Assembly (NCBI GenBank): GCA_963668675.2
Contig: CAXXMB010000002.1
Coordinates: 1-64,000, forward strand
Length of the DNA stretch: 64,000 bases
Origin: an uncultured Desulfatitalea sp.
GTDB lineage: Bacteria; Desulfobacterota; Desulfobacteria; Desulfobacterales; Desulfosarcinaceae
Direction of reading: 5' to 3'
Positions 49,094 through 57,745 of the stretch are shown piece after piece. How positions within the stretch are numbered: position 1 is the stretch's first letter; every line of letters begins with the position of its first letter. The notes beneath the pieces are model-generated. The model searched no databases. It saw only the letters and a program-made list of their open reading frames with translations, and was not told the origin of the DNA. The translations under genes were made by a program, and so were the position numbers.

Positions 49094-52000
49094 TCAGCTC
49101 CTGCTGCCGGCCATCAGCAGCTCTTCCAGGGTCTGTTCCAGGTAGACCTGATCGCGAAAGGGACTGTCGGCCGCGTTGGACGGACAGACCGAGATGCAGT
49201 TGCCACACCCCTTGCACAGGGCATCATCCACCACGGCGGTAAAACCGATTCCGCCGTTGGTTGTGAGGCTGATGGCCTGATAGGGGCACGCCTTGAGACA
49301 GCGCCCGCAGCCGCGGCAGAGTGCCCCGTCGATCACCACCGAAAAACCGCGGCTCTGGCGCGGGCCGTTGGGCATGGCCGCTGCGGACATGATAGCCGCC
49401 GCCTCACCCTTGGTGCGCTTGGAGATCTGGATGCCGGGCGGATCGGCGAGAAAAAGGCCGGCAATCGAGGTGCCGCAGGGGTACATGTAGGGGATGCCGG
49501 GGACCTGATCCTTCTGCATGCGGGCCTGTACCTTCACGCCGGGAAGATCCGCATGGTGCTGGTAGATAGCGATATTGCGGGACTTCTCCCCCAGGATCAC
49601 AGCCCCCACATTGAAGGTCCGCGGCCCGTCGCCACACTCGGTATGGATCTGGAAATTGCCGATGGTGCCACCCACAGCGTGGACGCTCGATCCGTCGAAA
49701 GCGAAGATGTGGGGATGGTCGGGTGCCTCGTCTAGTGGATGTTTGGCCGAACCGAACATCAGCACCTCGAAACCGGCCCTGGCCAGGGTCAACGCGGCAT
49801 TGCGGGCCGCCTCGGTCTGACCGATCACGGCGGTGGTGAAATTGTAATTGCGTGCCGGTGCAGGAAACGGCAGCAGTTTGCGGGCGCGCCTGACGCTGCG
49901 CGTGATGATACCTTCGAAAAGGCTGACAGCCAACGATTCGTCGTTGACCAGGTGCCGCAGCACTTCGCCCCTGAGATTGATGGTCTGCACCATCGAGCGG
50001 CTGATACCGGTCCCCTCGAAAAGCCCCCGTTTCAGACGGCTGCGCTGATCGGTACAAGCGCTGCAGACGAAATTGAGCGGGCAGCAGACGCACGAGGCCA
50101 GTACCAGTCGGGTCAGCCCTTGGTCCCGAACCGCATCGACCACTCGCTGAATCCCTTCGGGTGTGCAGGCGGACGGCAACGCTTCACAGTGGACGATGTC
50201 CTCCTGCGTATGGAGCTGAGCCAGGCAGGCATCCATCCCCTCCGACCAGCCGAGTGAGTCGTTGCAGCGGCAGGCGAACACCCCTAAGCGTACGTTTCGG
50301 TCCAGTCCCACATCGGGCGGCACGAAGCTGATGCTCCGCCCCTTCATGCGCATGCCATGCTGTTTGAGCAGCACCATGGCACGCGCCGCGGCCGAAAAGC
50401 CGCGCAGCATCATGGCGTGAACATCGGTTTTGGCAGCCGGCGGACCGTATGCCCGGATCACATCGTCACCCCGAATACCCGGCACCATCTCGGGGTCGGC
50501 AACGATCAAAACGCCCGTGTTTTCCAAAATGGTTTCGGTCTCTTCATCATGGCAAATGGCTTGATTGGCTTCGCAAACCGGGAGACACGCCAAACACTGG
50601 GCGCAACTGCCGCACTGCAGGCAACGCGCCGCCTCGGACCGCGCCTGCTCCTCGTCAAACCCCAAGGCCACCTCGTTGAAGTTGACTTGGCGCCGTTCAA
50701 CCGGCAGCTCGGGCATGGCGGTACGCTCCTTCAGCGGCAGATCGTCAGGGACCGGATCGAAGTCGCGTGTCTCGGGCCGCTGTGGAACGACCCGCCCGCG
50801 GTCATGGCCGCCCGGCCGGCCGGTCAAGTCTTCGACCACCTGGCCGGCCACCCGACGTCCGTCGGCCATGGCCTTGACCACAGAGGTGGCGCCGGTGGTT
50901 GCATCGCCGGCCACATAGACGCCCGCCATGCCGCTGCGGCCCAACTCGTCCGACGCAATCAACCCGCGGTCGCTGACGTGCCATCCGTCCGAAGAGGGCA
51001 TGTCGCTGTAGGCACCGGTCTGGCCGATGGCCACGAACGCCCGCTCAAAAGCAAGCGCTTCGGTCCGGCTCTCCGGCACGATGACGGGCCATGCAATACC
51101 GTTGGCGTCGGCCGGCCCCGGTTGGGTGGCCCGTACCTGAACGACCTTCAAGCTGCCGCTGCTTCCGGAGAATCCAACCACCTGACTGCGTTCCCGGAAT
51201 TCGATCCCCTCTTCAAAGGCAGCGTGCACTTCGTCGACGTCGGCAGGGATCTCATCTCGGCCGAACCACGATACCATTGTGACCTTTGCGCCCTGGCGGT
51301 TAAGCACCCGGGCCAGGTCGAAAGCGGCGTTGCCGTCGCCGATCACCGCCACCCGGCCGCTGACATGACCGTCATCGCCACGGTAGAATCGATTGAGATA
51401 GGAGAGACACCCCTCGACACCCTTCAGGGACTCGCCCTCAACGCCGAGGTTCCGGTCGGCCCACGATCCGGTGGTGACGATCACCGCCCGGTGGTCGCGG
51501 CTCATCCGGGCCAGCCCTTCTGGCATGGCCACCTCGTGGTTTGTGACGAAACGAACGCCTTCGGCCTCGATGGCCGCCAGCTCCTCGTCGAGGATCTTCC
51601 TGGGCAGCCGGTGGGGGCCGATGCCATATCGCAAAAGGCCGCCGGCCTCCTTCTCACGCTCATAGACCGTGACCGGATATCCCTGGCGGGCCAGATCGGC
51701 CGCCGCCGCCAATCCGGTGGGGCCCGACCCGATGATGGCGATGGGATCGCCGCCTTTGGCGGGCACCGCTTTCGGAGCTGCCTCTGACGCCCCGGAGGCC
51801 CGATCTGCCACGAATCGCTTGATATCGCGGATAGCCAGGGCGCCGTCCTTTTCGGAACGCCGGCAGGCCGCCTCGCACGGATGGGTGCAGATGCGGCCGC
51901 AGATGGCGGGCAGCACATTGTCCCTCCGGATCACCTCCAGAGCTTCCGCATAACGCCCGGCCGCCGTCAGGGCCATATACCCCTGGACATTGACCCCCAA

Positions 52001-52477
52001 TGGGCAATTGACCTGGCAAAGCGGCTCGCGTCGCTTGTCGATCACCGCACGGCCGGGCAGGGCCATACGGCTTTCGATATGAATCGGCTGATGGCCGTTC
52101 TGACCGCAGACCGGACAGACCTCGACACAGCGTCCGCACAAGGTGCAACGCTCCGGATCCACATAGGTTGGCTGGGGATCGATCTGCACCCGGAATCCTT
52201 GCTGGCTGTGTCTGACCGAACGAACCTGCGCCGGCATGACGCACCGAATATTTGGATTGCGCAGGATGCGGATCAGGCCGGGACGGTTGGCGTAATTGAG
52301 GGGCACCCCCGACGCCAGCCGATAGGCATCATCGCTGAGCTTGCGGTCCAGGTCGGCCTCTTTGTCGACCAGGATAGTCGGAACACCCAGCTCGCCCAGT
52401 TTGTTGGCCGCCGCCACGCCGGCAGGCGTTGCCCCCAGGATCACCACATTGTGCAACCTGTTCTTGGCTTGTTTCAT
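49094..52477 (-). CDS. HdrL-like multidomain flavo-Fe-S protein (degenerate HdrA modules plus GltD/NfnB-like NAD(P)H module)
   Basis: HdrA-like N-terminus, CTLCGRCVEVCP, CQVNCP, CGRICTHPCE..C, GSGPTG, GGLLRYGI, EAARCLQC, LGVFACRC and two C-terminal CxxCxxCxxxCP motifs. Confidence 0.82.
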   Translation of the reverse strand: MKQAKNRLHNVVILGATPAGVAAANKLGELGVPTILVDKEADLDRKLSDDAYRLASGVPLNYANRPGLIRILRNPNIRCVMPAQVRSVRHSQQGFRVQIDPQPTYVDPERCTLCGRCVEVCPVCGQNGHQPIHIESRMALPGRAVIDKRREPLCQVNCPLGVNVQGYMALTAAGRYAEALEVIRRDNVLPAICGRICTHPCEAACRRSEKDGALAIRDIKRFVADRASGASEAAPKAVPAKGGDPIAIIGSGPTGLAAAADLARQGYPVTVYEREKEAGGLLRYGIGPHRLPRKILDEELAAIEAEGVRFVTNHEVAMPEGLARMSRDHRAVIVTTGSWADRNLGVEGESLKGVEGCLSYLNRFYRGDDGHVSGRVAVIGDGNAAFDLARVLNRQGAKVTMVSWFGRDEIPADVDEVHAAFEEGIEFRERSQVVGFSGSSGSLKVVQVRATQPGPADANGIAWPVIVPESRTEALAFERAFVAIGQTGAYSDMPSSDGWHVSDRGLIASDELGRSGMAGVYVAGDATTGATSVVKAMADGRRVAGQVVEDLTGRPGGHDRGRVVPQRPETRDFDPVPDDLPLKERTAMPELPVERRQVNFNEVALGFDEEQARSEAARCLQCGSCAQCLACLPVCEANQAICHDEETETILENTGVLIVADPEMVPGIRGDDVIRAYGPPAAKTDVHAMMLRGFSAAARAMVLLKQHGMRMKGRSISFVPPDVGLDRNVRLGVFACRCNDSLGWSEGMDACLAQLHTQEDIVHCEALPSACTPEGIQRVVDAVRDQGLTRLVLASCVCCPLNFVCSACTDQRSRLKRGLFEGTGISRSMVQTINLRGEVLRHLVNDESLAVSLFEGIITRSVRRARKLLPFPAPARNYNFTTAVIGQTEAARNAALTLARAGFEVLMFGSAKHPLDEAPDHPHIFAFDGSSVHAVGGTIGNFQIHTECGDGPRTFNVGAVILGEKSRNIAIYQHHADLPGVKVQARMQKDQVPGIPYMYPCGTSIAGLFLADPPGIQISKRTKGEAAAIMSAAAMPNGPRQSRGFSVVIDGALCRGCGRCLKACPYQAISLTTNGGIGFTAVVDDALCKGCGNCISVCPSNAADSPFRDQVYLEQTLEELLMAGSRS

Positions 52478-53049
52478 GCGACAACTCCTATGCGGCCGGC
52501 TGCCTTGTTCCGGCGGCCTTTGAGTGTGGCCTGGGCAAACTCCCAGCCCCGTTCAAAGGCCTTGACGTTCTTTTCTATCGTTTTTGGGGGAACCGATTTC
52601 TCCACTGTGCTTCGGGCCGCCTCGGGTGAAATGGCGCCGGTAATGGCTGTAAAAAATCCGATCATGATAATGTTGGCCATCATCTTGTTGCCCAGCTCCT
52701 CGGCATACCGGGTGCACGGTACGGCAAAGCTCTCCCTGTCGCCTTCGGGTTTGACCAGATCCTGCTCGACGATCAGCACGCCGCCCTCGCTTAGGGTTTC
52801 GACATGCTTGTCGTAGCCCGACTGGGACATGCACACCAGGATATCGGGGTTTTTGATGTAGGGGAAATAGATCGGGCCATCGGCAATGGTCACCTGGGCA
52901 CTGCATGCACCTCCCCGGGACTCGGGTCCGTAAGACTGCACCAGGGTGCTCTCCATTTGGTCGGAAATGGCCGCTGCTTCGCCCACGATACGACCGGCCA
53001 GGATCACCCCCTGGCCGCCGAAACCGGTAATCGTGATCTGTTTGTACAT
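52474..53049 (-). CDS. 2-oxoacid:ferredoxin oxidoreductase gamma subunit
   Basis: TGFGGQGV, QSYGPESRGG and N.KAFERG; start at MYKQI after GAGGA. Confidence 0.93.
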   Translation of the reverse strand: MYKQITITGFGGQGVILAGRIVGEAAAISDQMESTLVQSYGPESRGGACSAQVTIADGPIYFPYIKNPDILVCMSQSGYDKHVETLSEGGVLIVEQDLVKPEGDRESFAVPCTRYAEELGNKMMANIIMIGFFTAITGAISPEAARSTVEKSVPPKTIEKNVKAFERGWEFAQATLKGRRNKAAGRIGVVA

Positions 53050-53077
53050 CGTCTGTTCCTCGCTGCTGCAGGCCGGC

Positions 53078-53923
53078 TCAAAGTATCGGCCGGCAGGTCC
53101 GGTCGTAGTTTTCGATACAGGTGGGTCGCTCTTTGTCCACGAATTCGCCCAGCACCACCTTCTTGCTGAAATCGACATCCAGGTCGTTCGGATCGGCATT
53201 GTTGCGGATGATGGTCTGCTCCTGATAGAGCTTGAGCGTCTCAAGCGATTTTTCACGATTGCGCCGGCCGTAATTGACCGGGCAGGGCCCCAGCACCTCC
53301 ACGAAAGAGAAGCCGCTTTTGCCAATGGCCTTTTGAATGCACTCGGTCAACTCACGGGTATGAAGGATCGTCCAGCGGGCCACATAAGTGGCTCCCGATG
53401 CCCAGGCCAGCAGGGGCAGATTGAACGGCGCATCGGGATTGCCCTCGGGCGTTGTGGTGGTGCGCGCGTGGAACGGCGTTGTGGCCGCCACCTGGCCGCC
53501 GGTCATGCCGTAGTTGAGGTTGTTCAGACAGATGACGGTCAGGTCCATGTTGCGCCGGGCCGCGTGGATAAAGTGGTTTCCGCCGATGGCAAACAGGTCG
53601 CCGTCGCCGCTGAAGACAATCACGTTGAGTTCGGGATTGCCCAGTTTCAGCCCGGTTGCAAAGGGGATGGCCCGTCCGTGGGTGGTGTGAAACGAATCGA
53701 GTTTCACATATCCGGCGGCGCGGCCCGAGCAGCCGATGCCCGAGACCATGCAGGTTTTTTGCAAATCGATGCCACTGGCCTTCATGGCCGTCAAACAGGC
53801 CGAAAAGGCGGTGCCGATTCCGCACCCCGGGCACCAGATGTGGGGAATGCGATCGGAGCGGATCAGATCCTCCAGGGGGTGATCCGGCTGCGTTACGGTG
53901 GTCGCTTGCGCGGTTGCAGGCAT
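53078..53923 (-). CDS. 2-oxoacid:ferredoxin oxidoreductase beta subunit
   Basis: WCPGCG, SGIGCS, HGRA and GDGD..IGGNH (TPP binding), YGMTGGQ. Confidence 0.95.
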   Translation of the reverse strand: MPATAQATTVTQPDHPLEDLIRSDRIPHIWCPGCGIGTAFSACLTAMKASGIDLQKTCMVSGIGCSGRAAGYVKLDSFHTTHGRAIPFATGLKLGNPELNVIVFSGDGDLFAIGGNHFIHAARRNMDLTVICLNNLNYGMTGGQVAATTPFHARTTTTPEGNPDAPFNLPLLAWASGATYVARWTILHTRELTECIQKAIGKSGFSFVEVLGPCPVNYGRRNREKSLETLKLYQEQTIIRNNADPNDLDVDFSKKVVLGEFVDKERPTCIENYDRTCRPIL

Positions 53924-55068
53924 CAGAACACCTCCTCTATTTTGGTCAGCACATCATCCGGTGATATGATCGTGCCGCCCGTATGGCCCACCAGATGGCA
54001 GGGCACCTTGCCGGCAACGGCCCGCATCACCTCCAGATGCATCTGGCCCATGTTGACTTCCACTGTGACGAATCCCTTGACCCGGTCGGCCAGCGCCTTG
54101 ATCTGCTCCTCTGCAAAGGGCCAGACCGTTATCAGGCGCAGCAGTCCGACCTTCAGTCCCCGGGCCCTCGCCTGATGCATGGCCGCCATGCTGGTGCGCG
54201 CCGAGATGCCGTAGGAGACCAGCACGATATCGGCATCGTCCAATTCGTGCGTTTCGGTCATGATAATATCGTCCCGGTTGTCCAAAATTTTGCGCTTGAT
54301 CCGGTCCATCATCTCCTGCTGCGCCTCTACGGTCATCACAGGATAGCCTTTTTCGTCGTGGGTCAATCCGGTGACATGCACATTGTATCCATCTCCGGCT
54401 GCCGGCATGGGTGCCACCCCGTTTTCCCCTGGCTTGTAGAGCAGGAAACGGTCCTTGCGCCCTTTGGGTTTGGGCCGCCACTCGGTCACGATCTGATCTG
54501 CCGGCGGGATGACCACCTTTTCACTCATGTGGCCTATCATCTCGTCAGTCATGATCAAGACCGGGGTACGATAGCGCTCGCTCAAGTTGAAGGCGGTGAT
54601 CGTCAGGTTAAAAATCTCCTGTCCCGAACTGGGGGCCAGGGCAATGATCTCGTAATCGCCGTGCGATCCCCAGCGCGCCTGCATCATATCGGCCTGGGCG
54701 CCCATGGTGGGTAGCCCTGTGGAGGGACCGCCGCGCTGTACGTTGACGAGAACACAAGGTGTCTCCGTGCAGACACCCAGCCCCAGGTTTTCCATCATCA
54801 GGCTAAAACCGGGCCCCGATGTGGCCGTCATGCTCTTCTGACCTGCCCAGGCGGCGCCAAGCACCGAGGCCATGGCGGCGATCTCGTCCTCCATCTGGAT
54901 AAAGGTGCCGCCCACGGCCGGCAGACGGGCCGACATGCGCTCGGCAACCTCGGTGGCCGGTGTGATGGGATAGCCGCCGAAAAAACGGCATCCAGCCGCC
55001 AGGGCGCCCTCGGCACACGCCTCGTCACCCGTGATGTAATGCTCTCCGGTTAACACTGCTTTATTCAT
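53923..55068 (-). CDS. 2-oxoacid:ferredoxin oxidoreductase alpha subunit
   Basis: GYPITPATE, QMEDE, TATSGPGFSLM and QRGGPSTGLPT. Confidence 0.95.
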   Translation of the reverse strand: MNKAVLTGEHYITGDEACAEGALAAGCRFFGGYPITPATEVAERMSARLPAVGGTFIQMEDEIAAMASVLGAAWAGQKSMTATSGPGFSLMMENLGLGVCTETPCVLVNVQRGGPSTGLPTMGAQADMMQARWGSHGDYEIIALAPSSGQEIFNLTITAFNLSERYRTPVLIMTDEMIGHMSEKVVIPPADQIVTEWRPKPKGRKDRFLLYKPGENGVAPMPAAGDGYNVHVTGLTHDEKGYPVMTVEAQQEMMDRIKRKILDNRDDIIMTETHELDDADIVLVSYGISARTSMAAMHQARARGLKVGLLRLITVWPFAEEQIKALADRVKGFVTVEVNMGQMHLEVMRAVAGKVPCHLVGHTGGTIISPDDVLTKIEEVF

Positions 55069-55190
55069 GTCTCTCTCGTCGTTTTGATTCGAACCGTTTG
55101 GGCCGTTCAGGTTTTGACCTGCCGCCCATTCAGCCAACTGGCAATCGGATAACTTATTGTAATCGATAAGTTAACGCGGGTAATGGCGTG

Positions 55191-55469
55191 CTATCCAGCC
55201 TTGCGGTCCGGAGGGTCTAAGGCCACCGAGTAGATGGCAAACTCCGGACAGATGATTTCACAGTAGTGGCAGTTGACGCACCCTTCCGGCTGGACGACCT
55301 CTGGCGGGTGGTAGCCCTTCTTATTGAAACGTTCGGAAAAAACCAAGATATCGCGCGGACAAAACTCAATACAGTAGCCGCACCCTTTGCAACGGTCCTC
55401 GATAATGTAAACCACGCCTTGTGAAGTGTCGATAACCCCTGCATCCAGGGGAACACGCCAGAAATCCAT
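55191..55469 (-). CDS. 2-oxoacid:ferredoxin oxidoreductase delta subunit (2x[4Fe-4S])
   Basis: CKGCGYCIEFCP, FNKKGYHPP and CVNCHYCEIICPEFAI. Confidence 0.92.
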   Translation of the reverse strand: MDFWRVPLDAGVIDTSQGVVYIIEDRCKGCGYCIEFCPRDILVFSERFNKKGYHPPEVVQPEGCVNCHYCEIICPEFAIYSVALDPPDRKAG

Positions 55470-55793
55470 CTCCCGCTCCCGTACCGGCAACATGTTGGCT
55501 GAAACAATCAGCTGATATTTAAAAGGTGCCAATGCACAATTGGGGGTGATATCTGTGCATTGGCAAGTTGGTGTGTAGCCAAACCAATCTGCATACCTAT
55601 ATATGAACTGCCGGCAGACATCAAGGTTAGATATCAGCCTCATCTTTCATCTTGGAGACACCCATCTGTTTTTCGATGGGGTTTCCCCAACAATTAAAAT
55701 ATGGTTACAACGGTTGCCGTTCCGGCCAATATGGCTATTGTATTCCAATAGGCAGAGCCAACTGAAACGGAATCCCAGGAAGGAGGCCTCGCG

Positions 55794-56615
55794 ATGGCGG
55801 ACCTAAAAGGAAAAACGCTTTTCATCACCGGCGGGAGCCGTGGTATCGGCCTGGCCATCGCCCTGCGTGCGGCGCGTGACGGGGCCAACCTGGCTATCGT
55901 GGCCAAAACGGTCGAACCCCATCCGAAGCTGCCCGGCACCCTTTATACGGCTGCAGATGAAATTGAAGCGGCTGGCGGCAAGGTTTTGCCCCAAGTCGTC
56001 GACGTGCGCTTTGAAGAGCAGATTCAGGCGGCTGTCGAAAAGACAGTGGAAACTTTTGGCGGTATCGATATCCTGGTCAATAATGCCAGTGCCATCTTCC
56101 TCGCCGGAACCGTCGACACGCCGCTTAAGCGTTTCGATCTGATGCACCAGATCAATACGAGGGGAACCTTCGCCTGCTCCCAGGCGTGCATCCCCCATCT
56201 CGGCAAAGCGGCCAATCCACACATCCTGAACCTCTCTCCCCCACTTAACATGGAGGCGCGCTGGTTTGCCCCTCATGTGGCCTACACCATGGCTAAATAT
56301 GGAATGAGCATGTGTGTATTGGGCATGAGCGAAGAGCTGCGTCCGAACGGCATCGCCGTGAATGCGCTCTGGCCGCGCACCCCTATCGACACTTCGGCGG
56401 TGAGAAATTTGCTGGGGGGTGAGTCTGTGATCCGTGGCTCCCGGAAGCCCGATATCATCGCTGACGCCGCCCATTTTATCCTCACCAGGGAGAGCCGCGA
56501 ATGCACGGGGAATTTCTTCATAGATGACGAAGTCATGCGACAAGCCGGCGTCGAGGATCTGGATCGATATTCGGTTGTACCCGGAGAGCAGCTGCTGCCG
56601 GATTTCTTTCTATAG
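55794..56615 (+). CDS. Short-chain dehydrogenase (HSDL2-like)
   Basis: TGGSRGIG, HPKLPGT, NNASA, YTMAK and NALWPRT. Confidence 0.92.
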   Translation: MADLKGKTLFITGGSRGIGLAIALRAARDGANLAIVAKTVEPHPKLPGTLYTAADEIEAAGGKVLPQVVDVRFEEQIQAAVEKTVETFGGIDILVNNASAIFLAGTVDTPLKRFDLMHQINTRGTFACSQACIPHLGKAANPHILNLSPPLNMEARWFAPHVAYTMAKYGMSMCVLGMSEELRPNGIAVNALWPRTPIDTSAVRNLLGGESVIRGSRKPDIIADAAHFILTRESRECTGNFFIDDEVMRQAGVEDLDRYSVVPGEQLLPDFFL

Positions 56616-56643
56616 GCCGCCAGGTCAAATCTCGGGGGATGAT

Positions 56644-56871
56644 ATGGATCGAAATTTCACCGCGTTTGAACAGGTCGCCGAGACGCATAGTGCAGGGGAG
56701 CGTGCTTTTCTGAAATCTGTGCTGGATGCCGAGGCAATCACCTACTACATCGAGGGTGAGCATGCAGCCACATATATTTTCAACTCCGTGCCCCAACGGG
56801 TGATGGTTCGCAAGGACCAGGTCGATCATGTAAAAGAACTCCTCGGTACGCTGGAAAGGAAATTTATCTGA
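56644..56871 (+). CDS. DUF2007-like small protein
   Basis: 75 aa with LKSVLDAEAI.Y.I.GE..V.V pattern; coupled to the next gene. Confidence 0.65.
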   Translation: MDRNFTAFEQVAETHSAGERAFLKSVLDAEAITYYIEGEHAATYIFNSVPQRVMVRKDQVDHVKELLGTLERKFI

Positions 56872-57728
56872 TGAGCGACACCCCATTGACCCTTATGTGC
56901 GTACACGCCCACCCGGATGACGAGTGCATTTCCACGGGCGGCATTTTGGCCAAATATGCAGGCGAGGGGATTCATACCGTACTGGTCACCTGCACCAAGG
57001 GTGAGTTGGGAGAGGTTTCGGATCCCGACTTCAAGCCCCCCCGGCCCGATATGAGCCTGACCGAGATCCGCATGGCCGAGCTGTCCGATGCGATCGAATT
57101 TCTGAAGGTGGGATCGTTCCACTGCCTCGACTACAAGGATTCAGGCATGGCCGGCACTGACGGAAACAACGACCCCGAAGCATTTGTCCAGGCCGATCTG
57201 CACGAGGCGGCAAATCGGCTGGTGCGGCTCATTCGGGAAACGCGCCCCCAGGTGGTGGTCACCTACGATGAGTATGGTGTTTACGGGCACCCGGACCATA
57301 TCATGGCCAACCGGATCACCCAGAAGGCGTTCGATGCGGCCGGCGATCCAGCCGTGACCTTCGACGATGGCACGCCGCCCTGGCAGCCGGACAAACTCTA
57401 CTATTTCGCACTACCCTCTGAACGGCTCGAAAAGTACAGCCGCCTGGGGTCGAAGGATGGAGAAGAGGCATTCAGACCGCCCACCACCCTCAAAGCCACA
57501 CCGGCAGACCAGATCACGACCCGCATCGATATCGCACCCTACCTGGACGACAAGTTCAAAGCGATTTACGCCCACAAGAGCCAGATCGGCAGCGGCCATC
57601 TTTTCCGGCGCCTGACCAAAGAGCAGAAGCAGGCCATGTTCGGCCGGGAGCACTATGTGTGCGTGCGCGGAAACGCCGTTTCCAGCCAGCACACCATGGA
57701 GGACGATCTCTTCGCGGGTCTTCGATAA
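56871..57728 (+). CDS. PIG-L family deacetylase (MshB/Mca-like)
   Basis: HAHPDDE, CTKGELG, DSGMAG, YGHPDHI and AHKSQ. Confidence 0.9.
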   Translation: MSDTPLTLMCVHAHPDDECISTGGILAKYAGEGIHTVLVTCTKGELGEVSDPDFKPPRPDMSLTEIRMAELSDAIEFLKVGSFHCLDYKDSGMAGTDGNNDPEAFVQADLHEAANRLVRLIRETRPQVVVTYDEYGVYGHPDHIMANRITQKAFDAAGDPAVTFDDGTPPWQPDKLYYFALPSERLEKYSRLGSKDGEEAFRPPTTLKATPADQITTRIDIAPYLDDKFKAIYAHKSQIGSGHLFRRLTKEQKQAMFGREHYVCVRGNAVSSQHTMEDDLFAGLR

Positions 57729-57745
57729 AGTGACCTCCTAACAGT

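Noticed and set aside
44941..52477. Calling the Hdr-like genes qmoABC
   Set aside because: There is no membrane QmoC-like gene, they are not adjacent to aprBA, and they are in an operon with a 2-oxoacid oxidoreductase.
55517..55531. Sigma54 promoter for the oxidoreductase operon (TGGCAC on the minus strand)
   Set aside because: There is no TTGC-like -12 element at the required spacing.
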